Assembly (NCBI GenBank): GCA_030649835.1
Contig: JAUSES010000035.1
Location: forward strand, 19,590 to 83,589
Direction: 5' to 3'
Source of the DNA: a bacterium
Lineage (GTDB): Bacteria; Patescibacteriota; Minisyncoccia; Phycocordibacterales; UBA1550
Length of the DNA stretch: 64,000 nucleotides
Below the pieces are notes generated by a model, which saw nothing but the letters and a program-made list of their open reading frames with translations, ran no database searches and was not told the DNA's origin. The first letter of the stretch is position 1. Every line of letters begins with the position of its first letter. Below are positions 38,426-47,906 of the stretch, in pieces. Both the position numbers and the translations under genes were made by a program.

Positions 38426-39609
38426 ATACCCTGAAGCACCCCAAATTTAATCGCTTCCTCAGAGATGTCTAGCCCATGAGCTTTATACCCAAGCGTTGCT
38501 ATCTCATCTACAAAAATCCCTGATCCACAGCCAAAATCGAGAACCTTTGTTTCTCTTGGGGGTTTTACAGAGTAAGACTTAAGATTATCCTCGACAATCA
38601 TTCTTCTTACTACCATGAGCCAGTGCTCTTTTTCTATTTTAAAATAATTTTTATAAAAGCTTCTTTCCATACCTGAAGTATTAAGGTCCCACAAGTTCCA
38701 ATTAAATCTATCGATGTACTCCTTCAAGCATATCCTCCAGTCTCTAGTAAGGTGAGGGGCTACTTTTTTCAATTCTATATTTATAAGCTTTTCTGACCGT
38801 GGGCGTTTTGCAAAATAATTTTCTGCAAAATAACTTGAGTCAACTTCCTTAACCTTTACTTGGTTATCTAACCCCAGACATTCTAGGAGATACCTAGATA
38901 TATCCGCTCTGCTTCCTCCACCTTCACAGGCACCATGGTATAGGCCGTACTCATTGTTGTCAAGAAGATATTTTATAGACTGCGCGAGATCATATGTGTG
39001 ACATGGTGTACCAAATTTGTCATTTACAATCGCTAATTCCTTTGACCCTGCGCGTAGCTGCTTAATAATCTTATTTATAAATTTTTTATCTTTTTTGGGT
39101 CCTCCTCCCATCATCCAACCGGCTCTAATTACAATCGATTTTGGGAGTGTTTTTGCCACAAGCTCCCCACCGTATTTTGATTTGCCATACACACTAAGTG
39201 GATTTGGAACATCAGTCTCAGTGTATTCATCCTTCCCGCCATCAAAAATACCCGCAGTGGAAATATAAACTAAAGGTATGTTGTGCTCTCTCGCATATTC
39301 CACAACATTTTGTACCCCGCCTGTATTAGTCGCGTAAGCCTCTTCAGGATGAAGCTCGCAGTATTCCATATCGGTCAATGCTGCAAGATGAACAATGTAG
39401 TTAGGTTTTACCTTTTCCAAATACAACGCGACATCCTTGGCAACTGACACGTCGAGGCGCTCAAGCCATGGTACGTTTAAGTCAATATCAGAGGCTCGAA
39501 CCTGACATGCATCCTTAAAAATATCGAAGACTGCTTCTCCAAGCATTCCCCCGCATCCCGTTATTACGACCCTGTCTGTCTTGTGTATCATAAAATTATA
39601 GTGCTCCAA
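38344..39609 (-). CDS. rmlD: dTDP-4-dehydrorhamnose reductase-like domain fused to a methyltransferase N-terminus
   Basis: ITGCGGMLG, AALTDMEYCE, PLSVYGKSK, DKFGTP; then VLDFGCGSG. Confidence 0.8.
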   Translation of the reverse strand: MEHYNFMIHKTDRVVITGCGGMLGEAVFDIFKDACQVRASDIDLNVPWLERLDVSVAKDVALYLEKVKPNYIVHLAALTDMEYCELHPEEAYATNTGGVQNVVEYAREHNIPLVYISTAGIFDGGKDEYTETDVPNPLSVYGKSKYGGELVAKTLPKSIVIRAGWMMGGGPKKDKKFINKIIKQLRAGSKELAIVNDKFGTPCHTYDLAQSIKYLLDNNEYGLYHGACEGGGSRADISRYLLECLGLDNQVKVKEVDSSYFAENYFAKRPRSEKLINIELKKVAPHLTRDWRICLKEYIDRFNWNLWDLNTSGMERSFYKNYFKIEKEHWLMVVRRMIVEDNLKSYSVKPPRETKVLDFGCGSGIFVDEIATLGYKAHGLDISEEAIKFGVLQGIKTWELLMRTKLIFLTILLMRSAPLMS

Positions 39610-40303
39610 ATCTGTATTTTATCATATCCCTAATCGTATCCATAACTACGTTGAATTTCGAGCCGGACGCAACTCCTTCTGTACGAGGAAAATGTGTAAC
39701 CGGAAATTGTGCAACTATAAATCCCGCTTTTTTTGCTTTAATAATCATTTCTGCATCAATAAAACAGCTGGGACTCTTAATTTGAATATTGTTCAAAACA
39801 TTTCGTTTGTAAATTTTCATTGCACAATCTATATCACGGCACCAAACAAAAAATAAAATTCTTATTAGCCAGTTGTAGACCTCTGATTGAACCTTTCGAC
39901 GAAATGATGCGGCTTTTTTGGTGACATATCCACTTAATACGTCTGCATCACTTAAAAGATATAGGTTAGGCAAAAATTCCCGTACATCATATTGATTATC
40001 ACCATCTGTATACATCACATAATCATATTTTGCGGCTGAAAATCCGTCTCTTAGGGTTACCCCATAACCAAGATTTTTAGGATGATGTATTACTCTGACA
40101 TGGGGGAATTCTGTGGCTAACCCGTCTGCTACCTCCCCCGTTTTATCTGGTCCGCCATCGTGCACAATTATTATTTCATAGGTATCGGTTATTTCGGAAA
40201 GAAACTTAGAAACGTACGGTACGAGAACGGGTAAGTTCTTCTCGTCGTTATATGCTGGACAAAAGAAGGATACGCTTGATAATTTGTTTTGTTTTATTTC
40301 CAT
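39596..40303 (-). CDS. GT2 (DPM/DPG-synthase-like) glycosyltransferase
   Basis: PAYND, DGGPDKT, NLGYG, TDGDNQY, DIDCAMK. Confidence 0.88.
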   Translation of the reverse strand: MEIKQNKLSSVSFFCPAYNDEKNLPVLVPYVSKFLSEITDTYEIIIVHDGGPDKTGEVADGLATEFPHVRVIHHPKNLGYGVTLRDGFSAAKYDYVMYTDGDNQYDVREFLPNLYLLSDADVLSGYVTKKAASFRRKVQSEVYNWLIRILFFVWCRDIDCAMKIYKRNVLNNIQIKSPSCFIDAEMIIKAKKAGFIVAQFPVTHFPRTEGVASGSKFNVVMDTIRDMIKYRFGAL

Positions 40304-40313
40304 ATTTAAATAA

Positions 40314-41021
40314 CTATCTCCCTGTTGCCCAAAACCTAAGAATTCTTAAAATTATTTTTATACCGTCTCGGTATCGTATTTTTTTCCCTGCGTCTTCTGC
40401 ACGTGGGTCATAGGATACTGGTACTTCAACGATTTTATAACCTTCTTTGAGAACGCGCGTTATAAAAATCATTTCAGCTTCAAACCTACCAACAGTAAAA
40501 TAGTCAAAAGTCGCACGAGGAAAAAGTTTGTATCCCATTAGGGCGTCCGTTAATGATGAACCGTAAAGGAAATTAATAAGTTTCGTTATAGACAACGAAC
40601 CTATTCTTGGGAAGAACTTACCTTTTCCCGAGTCCCCTTCTCTGTTTAGCTCTCGTGAACCCATAACAACCACCTTGGCGTCAGAAGAAATACCCTGTAG
40701 GGGTACGAGGAGGAGTGGTATCTCCTCTGGGGTGCATTCAAGATCAGCATCCTGAATAATGGCGTAGTCCCCTGTTGCAGCAGTTATTCCTGCTTTTACG
40801 GCGCTTCCTTTACCACTATTTTGAACAAGGTTTATTACTCTTACTTTTGTTGCAAACTTTTCCAAGACCGTTGCAGTGCCATCTGTTGAACCATCGTTAA
40901 TGACAATGATTTCAGGATCCCATCCCGAAAAAGGAACATTGAGTAAGCGCTCCACAACAAGACCGACTGTTCCTTCTTCATTGTAGCACGGGATAATTAT
41001 TGACAACCTTTTATTGTTCAT
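40314..41021 (-). CDS. GT2 (DPM-synthase-like) glycosyltransferase
   Basis: IPCYNEE, NDGSTDGT, GKGSA, QDADLE, GKKI. Confidence 0.9.
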   Translation of the reverse strand: MNNKRLSIIIPCYNEEGTVGLVVERLLNVPFSGWDPEIIVINDGSTDGTATVLEKFATKVRVINLVQNSGKGSAVKAGITAATGDYAIIQDADLECTPEEIPLLLVPLQGISSDAKVVVMGSRELNREGDSGKGKFFPRIGSLSITKLINFLYGSSLTDALMGYKLFPRATFDYFTVGRFEAEMIFITRVLKEGYKIVEVPVSYDPRAEDAGKKIRYRDGIKIILRILRFWATGR

Positions 41022-41029
41022 AATGAAAA

Positions 41030-42814
41030 TTATTTTTTAATACTTCTATAAGATAACATCAAACCGGAATAAGCGATAGCAAAAATAATAGGCTCTACAG
41101 GCATGCGAAACCTAGCATTCACCGCTAGCCCATTTATCATAGTGGTGAGCATAAAATAAAATACTATAATACTTACAAAAACAAGTGCTCCCGAAAAAAG
41201 ACGCTCTCTCCAAAGCCGATATAAACCAACTCCAAAGAATACCGTCATGACAACCCAAAAAATACGAGCCAACAAAACAGCCCCCATTGAGGTATGTATT
41301 TGTACGAAAACAGATTTAGTAAGCTCCCATGGCGTAGTGAGCAACATAATAAGTGCCGGTTTCTGAAGAAACGAAACAGGACTTACTCCGGCTGCCTGCA
41401 AAAAGGTGAGCATTCCATCATGCGTAAAAAAAGTAAAAGCACTTAACGCAGAAAGTTCAATTAACGCAACAGGGTGCTGTGCTATCTCCTTAATCGATCG
41501 CGCAGACAAAGCAGACATTTCAGAAAGACTTAGATCTAGATAAATTGGAAGTTTCGCCTGTTCCACACTAAAACTAGTGCTATTTGCTATGGCCAAAACT
41601 GACGGCAATAGCACCCCGTGAAGGTTAAATGGCATTTGGGAACTTAGATTAGCAGCACCAAACGTCTCATAATTGCGATAGAGCCATGGTGACATGACCA
41701 ACAGAAACGCAGAGAGAAGCAAGCCGAATCTAATCAATTGTTTTTTGTTTAAGTTCCCCCTGAAATGCCACAATGAAAAAATAATTACCACGAGTGCTAA
41801 ATATTGAACAGTGGGTTTAACAAGTGTTGCGATGCCCAAAAGAAGTCCTGTGGCAAGTGCCAGTTTGGTTGAGGGTGTTTTTAGAAAATTCAAAAAAACA
41901 ATAAGAAATAATCCAAAAATCACCGTAAAAAGTGTCTCTGTATAAAAAATAAAGGAAAAGAGAATCTGATATGGAGAGAAAGCAAGCAATAAGCCTACAA
42001 CAAGTGGTGCGTTTCGAAAGGAAGGAACAATCAGACGAGTCAAATACATTCCTAATACAGGTATAGTAGCGCCCAAGATGAGTTGAGTCATACCAGTTAC
42101 TGCGTAGCTACCTGTTAGCCATAAAATCCCAAATAAGAAAAACGGATATCCAGGGACCCCGTACGAGTACGGGAGAAAGGGTTGTTCTGAATTAATACTA
42201 AAACCATTGCCAAGGAGCAAGTTCCGGCTCAATTGAAAATATCCATCCTGTCCGCGTATTGTTGTAATGAGGTCTCCACCATTGGCATGGAGACAGATAA
42301 AAAAGAATACTAAGCGAGCCAAAACTGCAAGCAGAAAAACACCAATTACTATTTTGTGCGTTTTGAAAAAAATGAATATTCTTGTTTTAAAAAATGGCAT
42401 CGCCTCGTGGTCTCCAAAAACTATATATTTGTTGCTTAAAAAAGTTACGACAGTAACCATCCCCATTGTGATTATTTGAGCAATGACATACCAGATCTGA
42501 AATATATCTACGAAAATGTACATTAACAAAACATTGAGCGAGAGCGCTATTAAAATAAGTATCGCATACAAGGCTGCTTGGAAATGTGCTCTGCGCATTG
42601 AACGGTCATTAAATGTCCAGAATTTTTGCAAACAAAAAGCAATAGAAGCAGAAAAGAAGAATGCGTACACTACTGCTAAAAGATGCCATACGTGAACGCG
42701 CTCTACTAGAAAAACGAGCATCCCGAGCTGAGATACTGCGGCGATTGATCCAGAAATAATATATTTTGCGATAAGTCTATAATCCCTCGCCTGGGCTAAT
42801 AAAAATTCAAGCAT
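41030..42814 (-). CDS. GtrA-family flippase fused to a GT-C (PMT/ArnT-like) glycosyltransferase
   Basis: N-terminal 4-TM GtrA pattern (AFCLQKFWTF), then PGYPFFL, TETLF, PWLYRNY, RFRMPVEP. Confidence 0.8.
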   Translation of the reverse strand: MLEFLLAQARDYRLIAKYIISGSIAAVSQLGMLVFLVERVHVWHLLAVVYAFFFSASIAFCLQKFWTFNDRSMRRAHFQAALYAILILIALSLNVLLMYIFVDIFQIWYVIAQIITMGMVTVVTFLSNKYIVFGDHEAMPFFKTRIFIFFKTHKIVIGVFLLAVLARLVFFFICLHANGGDLITTIRGQDGYFQLSRNLLLGNGFSINSEQPFLPYSYGVPGYPFFLFGILWLTGSYAVTGMTQLILGATIPVLGMYLTRLIVPSFRNAPLVVGLLLAFSPYQILFSFIFYTETLFTVIFGLFLIVFLNFLKTPSTKLALATGLLLGIATLVKPTVQYLALVVIIFSLWHFRGNLNKKQLIRFGLLLSAFLLVMSPWLYRNYETFGAANLSSQMPFNLHGVLLPSVLAIANSTSFSVEQAKLPIYLDLSLSEMSALSARSIKEIAQHPVALIELSALSAFTFFTHDGMLTFLQAAGVSPVSFLQKPALIMLLTTPWELTKSVFVQIHTSMGAVLLARIFWVVMTVFFGVGLYRLWRERLFSGALVFVSIIVFYFMLTTMINGLAVNARFRMPVEPIIFAIAYSGLMLSYRSIKK

Positions 42815-42930
42815 GTTTATTTTTTAAAACTCTTTGGATGACCCCAACCTCTCCAATGTCCATTAATATCTATGTATCCTAGCATAGAAAAGGCAAAATA
42901 TACAGACTATTATGACTAGAGTTGTATAAT

Positions 42931-44103
42931 TTACTTCTTCTCTATAAAGTCCAAAATTCTTCCCGCTCGTTTTTTCCAAGTACGTAGCTCGACATCACGA
43001 TATGCCTTTTCTATAATAGTCTTTGTGAGACTTTCGTCATCTATTGCCTTTTTAATTCCTTCCGCCATCGCGTCTGGATCGTCTGGTAAAACAATAATCG
43101 CATTTGTCTCACCAAGAATTTCACGTATCGATGGAATATCAGTAGCAACAATAGGTCTCATGCTTGCCATGTATTCAAAAAGCTTCATTGGAGAAGTATA
43201 GTATTTTGAAATATTTTCTTTAGCGGTATTTGGTAAAACGAGTACATCTGCTGCTTTTTGCCAAATAGGAACCTCTGAGTGTTGCTTCCACCCAACTATT
43301 AAAATATTTGTTGTCCTTTTGTGTGCATCTTCGAGCTTTCTTATGTCCTCTGGTGTACCACCTACAAAAACCACCAAGTAATTTTTAGGGAGTTTGGTAG
43401 CGGCAAAAGCAAGAGTATCCACCCCTTTCCATGAATACAAATGTCCTGTGTATACTACAACTTTTTTATCATTTGGGAGTGATAGTTTTTGGCGAGCCTC
43501 CTCTTTAGAAAGAGCGATATCAAAATCTTCTATTTGGACAGCATTAGCCTCACATATAATTTTATTTTTATTAATATCAAAAATTTCCTCGGCAGTTTTC
43601 GCTTTCCAGTTGTTGTGAATTAATACCCACTTCATTCTTCTAATGAAAATTCCAAAAATTCCACGACAATTTTCTGGAAAATCATGCATTTCATAAAAAG
43701 TATTTCTAAATACAGCGGATGCAAAAAAAAGTGGAAGATATTCGTTTGAGTAGATAATGTCCTCATTTTTTGCAAATCTCAATAAATACAAAAGACAAAA
43801 CAGAGAAAAAGAAACGTAGCTCAAAACAAAACGGAATGACTCTATAAAACTAGGAAAATGAATGTCTAAAATTGGCAAATATACAATAGAAAAATTGTTT
43901 TTTACTTTATAATATTCATAAGGATTACCTTTTTCCCTGCCGAGTCGTCTCGACACCATGAGTACTACCTGAACACCTTCCTCTGCAAATGCTTCAGCAC
44001 TCTTGGCAGCAAAAAGTGACGCAGCTTTATTGCTTGGTAATCTCCCGTGAAAAATCAAAAATAGTTTTTTTGATTTTTTATTTTGTAATGTATCTTGAGT
44101 CAT
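42931..44103 (-). CDS. GT4 glycosyltransferase
   Basis: YTGHLYSWKG, SPMKLFEYMA. Confidence 0.9.
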   Translation of the reverse strand: MTQDTLQNKKSKKLFLIFHGRLPSNKAASLFAAKSAEAFAEEGVQVVLMVSRRLGREKGNPYEYYKVKNNFSIVYLPILDIHFPSFIESFRFVLSYVSFSLFCLLYLLRFAKNEDIIYSNEYLPLFFASAVFRNTFYEMHDFPENCRGIFGIFIRRMKWVLIHNNWKAKTAEEIFDINKNKIICEANAVQIEDFDIALSKEEARQKLSLPNDKKVVVYTGHLYSWKGVDTLAFAATKLPKNYLVVFVGGTPEDIRKLEDAHKRTTNILIVGWKQHSEVPIWQKAADVLVLPNTAKENISKYYTSPMKLFEYMASMRPIVATDIPSIREILGETNAIIVLPDDPDAMAEGIKKAIDDESLTKTIIEKAYRDVELRTWKKRAGRILDFIEKK

Positions 44104-45188
44104 TTCGTTAGGAAGTCTGTTATCTTTATTGCCTTACTCTCCCATGAATAACCTTTTACTTTTTCATATGCTTGAAGAACATGTTTATCAGCCTCTTTTT
44201 TATTGTTGGCAATTTTTAAAACTGCCTCTGCAAAACTACTAGAATCACCAGGAATAAACGGGTATGCGCAGTCTCCAATAACCTCCTCGACTAAACCCAA
44301 CTTAGAATAAATTATTGGCCGTCTACTTGCCATATATTCATAAACCTTCATTGGATAGCCAAATCCTGGCTGATCTGGATATGGTATTGCGATAATATCC
44401 ATAGACATTTGGTACTGTGCAACTTCGTCCCCCTTTTTAACTCCAAAGAAAAAACACCTTGCCTCAACTCCATGAGCTTTCGCAAGCTCCGTGTACTCAC
44501 GTATCTCATCATTCTTTCCACCTACAAAAGCCATTGCAAATTCGTCGGAAAGAAGTGCGAGAGCACGAATCATTGTTGGTATCCCCTTTTCAAGCCCAAA
44601 AGTCTTGAAGTAGCCGATGTATCCAATGAGGTTTTTCCCTTCAGGAAGCCCAAGTGATGCTTGATTTGAAAAAAAAGTATCATTGTAAATATTTAAATTC
44701 ACACCTCCATATGCAAAAAAAATATTATCTCCAGGAACTTCCCCGAGCTTTATTAGGTCATCTTTTAGTCTCCTAGACGTGGTTATTAAGGCATCACTAT
44801 TTCTTATAATAAATTTTTCTTTTTTATTATAGTGCAGATGGTGCCAATCAGAGCAAATTCGATAATTAAATCTTAGAAATTTTTTCCAAAAAATCAAAAA
44901 CGTCAATAGAAAAGTGTCATTGCTAAAAAAAACTAAATCTTTTTCCTTCCTTGATATAAATACAAAATACGGTATCCAAAAGAAAAAAAATGGTGACCTA
45001 AATTTTTTAATTTTTAAAGCTAGATTCAAACAATTAATATCCTTAAGTTCGTCTGAAAAATTATTAGCTACAACGAAAATAAATTTCTCTTTTAAAACCT
45101 TAGTAAACTCCTTTGCCAATTCCCGCGCATATATTTTCATGCCGTTGTCGGCTGGGTATCTCATTGATGTAAAATATATAAGTTTCAT
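44100..45188 (-). CDS. GT4 glycosyltransferase
   Basis: YIGYF..EKG, PMKVYEYMAS. Confidence 0.88.
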   Translation of the reverse strand: MKLIYFTSMRYPADNGMKIYARELAKEFTKVLKEKFIFVVANNFSDELKDINCLNLALKIKKFRSPFFFFWIPYFVFISRKEKDLVFFSNDTFLLTFLIFWKKFLRFNYRICSDWHHLHYNKKEKFIIRNSDALITTSRRLKDDLIKLGEVPGDNIFFAYGGVNLNIYNDTFFSNQASLGLPEGKNLIGYIGYFKTFGLEKGIPTMIRALALLSDEFAMAFVGGKNDEIREYTELAKAHGVEARCFFFGVKKGDEVAQYQMSMDIIAIPYPDQPGFGYPMKVYEYMASRRPIIYSKLGLVEEVIGDCAYPFIPGDSSSFAEAVLKIANNKKEADKHVLQAYEKVKGYSWESKAIKITDFLTK

Positions 45189-45195
45189 ATGTTTT

Positions 45196-45843
45196 CTATT
45201 TTACTACCTTCATTACAAAAGATAGGGCGAACAAGGATGGAAACATTTTTGCGAGAAACCTAGTACAAGCGCCAATGAGAATATAATTTTCAAATATCGT
45301 GTTTGTTTTTATTATAGAAACCTGAAGGTTACTATGCTTAAGCATGCCCATTAGGTTTTCGTAATTAAACCAAAAAACATGACCCTTGTGAGGACGGTTG
45401 TTCTCAGGAACACCACCAAACAAAACCTGCAACCGTGCCGGAAGCGAATTAAAATTTGGTACACTGATAATAATATGTTTTTTAGACGTACGAACTGCCT
45501 CCTCTAAAAGTTTTTCTGGGAAATAAAGATGCTCTAGAACATCAAGCATAATCACAGTATCAAACGCACCATTCTTGAAGGGGAGTTTTTCACTTGCAAT
45601 ATCGACCAATGAAACATCGAGTCCTTTTTCTCTGCACTTTTTTATAGCCTCATCCGAAATATCAACTCCAGCGACTATCGCGCCTTTTCCTTTAAGCTCT
45701 TGAAGAAGAAGTCCGTCCCCGCAAGCAATGTCTAATATTCTTTCACCTTTTTCTATCATCTCAATAGTTTCTGCATGACGAAAAACAGGTTTCTGGTCCC
45801 CTTCTCTCCATCTTCTATTCTCAAATTCTTTTATTTCACTCAT
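45196..45843 (-). CDS. Class I SAM methyltransferase (MetW-like)
   Basis: ILDIACGDG, DVLEHL, ISVPNF. Confidence 0.85.
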   Translation of the reverse strand: MSEIKEFENRRWREGDQKPVFRHAETIEMIEKGERILDIACGDGLLLQELKGKGAIVAGVDISDEAIKKCREKGLDVSLVDIASEKLPFKNGAFDTVIMLDVLEHLYFPEKLLEEAVRTSKKHIIISVPNFNSLPARLQVLFGGVPENNRPHKGHVFWFNYENLMGMLKHSNLQVSIIKTNTIFENYILIGACTRFLAKMFPSLFALSFVMKVVK

Positions 45844-45850
45844 AAATGAA

Positions 45851-46900
45851 TTATATAACAATCTGCTTGATAAGGTTTTCTACGAGAACCGGAAGACTGT
45901 GTTTCTTAATACTTTCAGATAAAGCGTTATGAAGCTGAACGCGTTCCTCCTTTGTGGCAGAAAGGAAAATGTCTAATTTTTTTGCGAGCATTTCTGGATT
46001 GTTCTCTTCAAAAATGTATTTTTCACCCACGAGCTCTGCAAAGTCGCGACTTGTAGCCAAGACCAAGCATCCACACACTGCTGCCTTAAAGATTGTTTTA
46101 TCCAGCATACCGCTCCTGCTACAGTTCACAAAGTTCTCTGAACTACGATAATAACGATACGTCTCAGTATTGGGTACTGCGCCAACAAACGTAATGCGAT
46201 CAGCTATTCCTAATTTTTCCACCTGAGCGCGAAGGACTGCTGGATAATCTGAATCCTCCTTTGATGGGCCGCCAACAAAGGAGGCAGTAAAATCAATGCC
46301 TTCATTTTTAAGAATGCCAAGTGCATCAATAAGGACATCTGGTCTCTTTGACTCATCAAGTCTTCCTAAAAAAAGAATCGATCTAGGGATACGTAAAATT
46401 GGTTCATCCATGTGTGCTGATTCAACATCGACTCCCACGGACATTAAAACCGTTTTTTTTAAGCGTGCAGTATAAGAATACTTTGAAGTACAAAATATTC
46501 TATTACAAAACATTGCCGCAATGTTTGTAAGGAAACTGCCCTCGTAATGATTGCGCCACATATACACTTTCTTTCCAAAAAGTTTCCAAAAAATACCTGC
46601 AAGCAATATATATTCCTGATTCATGTGCACAAATACGGCATCATAATCCTTGCGTAAACTCCACACAAGCTGGTAAAAACGAACGACGTATCTCAAGCGC
46701 CTTAAAAAAGCTGGGCCAGAAATATTTTCCTTGCCGAGTGAATGAACACGCGCGTTTGCAGGTAGTGTGTGTTCCCCTTCCTTCAGGCAAATCACCTCAA
46801 TACTGCCATAGTGTGGTGCAAGTGAAATAACCCATTTTTGAAAAAAACCAAGGGCTGATTCTTTTCTATCCATTACCTGAGTACAAATCAAAAGTTTCAT
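45851..46900 (-). CDS. GT4 glycosyltransferase
   Basis: FLGRLDESK, SGMLDKTIFKA. Confidence 0.85.
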   Translation of the reverse strand: MKLLICTQVMDRKESALGFFQKWVISLAPHYGSIEVICLKEGEHTLPANARVHSLGKENISGPAFLRRLRYVVRFYQLVWSLRKDYDAVFVHMNQEYILLAGIFWKLFGKKVYMWRNHYEGSFLTNIAAMFCNRIFCTSKYSYTARLKKTVLMSVGVDVESAHMDEPILRIPRSILFLGRLDESKRPDVLIDALGILKNEGIDFTASFVGGPSKEDSDYPAVLRAQVEKLGIADRITFVGAVPNTETYRYYRSSENFVNCSRSGMLDKTIFKAAVCGCLVLATSRDFAELVGEKYIFEENNPEMLAKKLDIFLSATKEERVQLHNALSESIKKHSLPVLVENLIKQIVI

Positions 46901-46920
46901 AAATATAAAAAATTTAAATA

Positions 46921-47781
46921 CTAACTCTCAAGCCTTGTCTTAATTTTTTCAATATCTCCATATGTTTCCTCTAGTAACTTTATGTCTTTTTTTGAAGAAA
47001 TTAGTAGATCATTATTCTTTGCCTCAAAACTGCGGAGGAGGTTGCCTCCTAATTTGTCTCCCACGACACGTTCATATTCCTCGCGAAAGGCTGCGAAGTC
47101 CTTTATAAAACAGTGTCCCCCTGCGCCCCGTCCTGTTTTGTGTACGGGGTTCATGTGCGACGACCCAATGCGCGCATCGCTTGCAACTCCGTCACGCACC
47201 GCTTCCCATGAGCCTCCTTCTTTTAGTGCGAGATCATAAAGCATATTCATAAACACAACCTTCGTGTAAAGAAACGCGTTTGCGCCGTACTTAATGAGCT
47301 CAGACTCGCGTGCGGTACAAATGTTTTCATAGGGTGCGCGGGGTAATAGTTCCATCACTTGGTCTGCAGCACGTCTGTACCTTTCGTTAAAAAATGGAAC
47401 ACCAATAATATTTCGAGAAGGATTCGCCACATCGTGAACTACTGTCGCCTCAACTAAAAACTCTGGAGAATGAAGAACAACTATATTTGGATTCTCCTTT
47501 TGGATCGACTCCGTCGTCCCTGGAAGAATCGTTGATTTGATCACTGCAGTTTTCCCTGCTCCGACAAGCGAGACCACCATGCGCACAATTGAATCATCAA
47601 ACCCCTGTGTCGTTGTTGGAGTTGGTACAGCAATAAATACCACGTCACACAGAGCAATAGTTTCCTTGTTTAAATCATACGGTTCTTCCTTCGCATAACG
47701 CACCACTTCATAGCCACGCTCTTCAAAATTGTCCGCATAATTTTTACCAATCCACCCTTGTCCGATAAATCCAATTTTCAT
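46921..47781 (-). CDS. ugd: UDP-glucose/GDP-mannose dehydrogenase family protein (no C-terminal domain)
   Basis: GFIGQGWIG, IAVPTP, IKSTILPGT, SPEFL, GAGGHCFIKD; native start MKIGF. Confidence 0.8.
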   Translation of the reverse strand: MKIGFIGQGWIGKNYADNFEERGYEVVRYAKEEPYDLNKETIALCDVVFIAVPTPTTTQGFDDSIVRMVVSLVGAGKTAVIKSTILPGTTESIQKENPNIVVLHSPEFLVEATVVHDVANPSRNIIGVPFFNERYRRAADQVMELLPRAPYENICTARESELIKYGANAFLYTKVVFMNMLYDLALKEGGSWEAVRDGVASDARIGSSHMNPVHKTGRGAGGHCFIKDFAAFREEYERVVGDKLGGNLLRSFEAKNNDLLISSKKDIKLLEETYGDIEKIKTRLES

Positions 47782-47893
47782 CCCATTAGAGGTAGGGCGC
47801 GACGAATCTTTGTCCATAGAATTATCTGTAGAGCTTTTAGTTATTTTATTCTTCGTGATTTTTGTCATATTTGCAGTCGTGACCTCTAACGGG
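47782..47893. mobile_element. Start-codon-abutting inverted-repeat element, copy 3
   Basis: cccattagaggt ... acctctaacggg; adjoins ATG 47781; carries an in-frame ATG at 47868. Confidence 0.75.
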
Positions 47894-47906
47894 ACACGTA
47901 ATTTCT

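Noticed and set aside
46921-47781. ugd lacking its C-terminal domain as a pseudogene
   Set aside because: The frame is intact, the catalytic GGHCF motif is retained, and no remnant lies downstream, so it is treated as a naturally short form.
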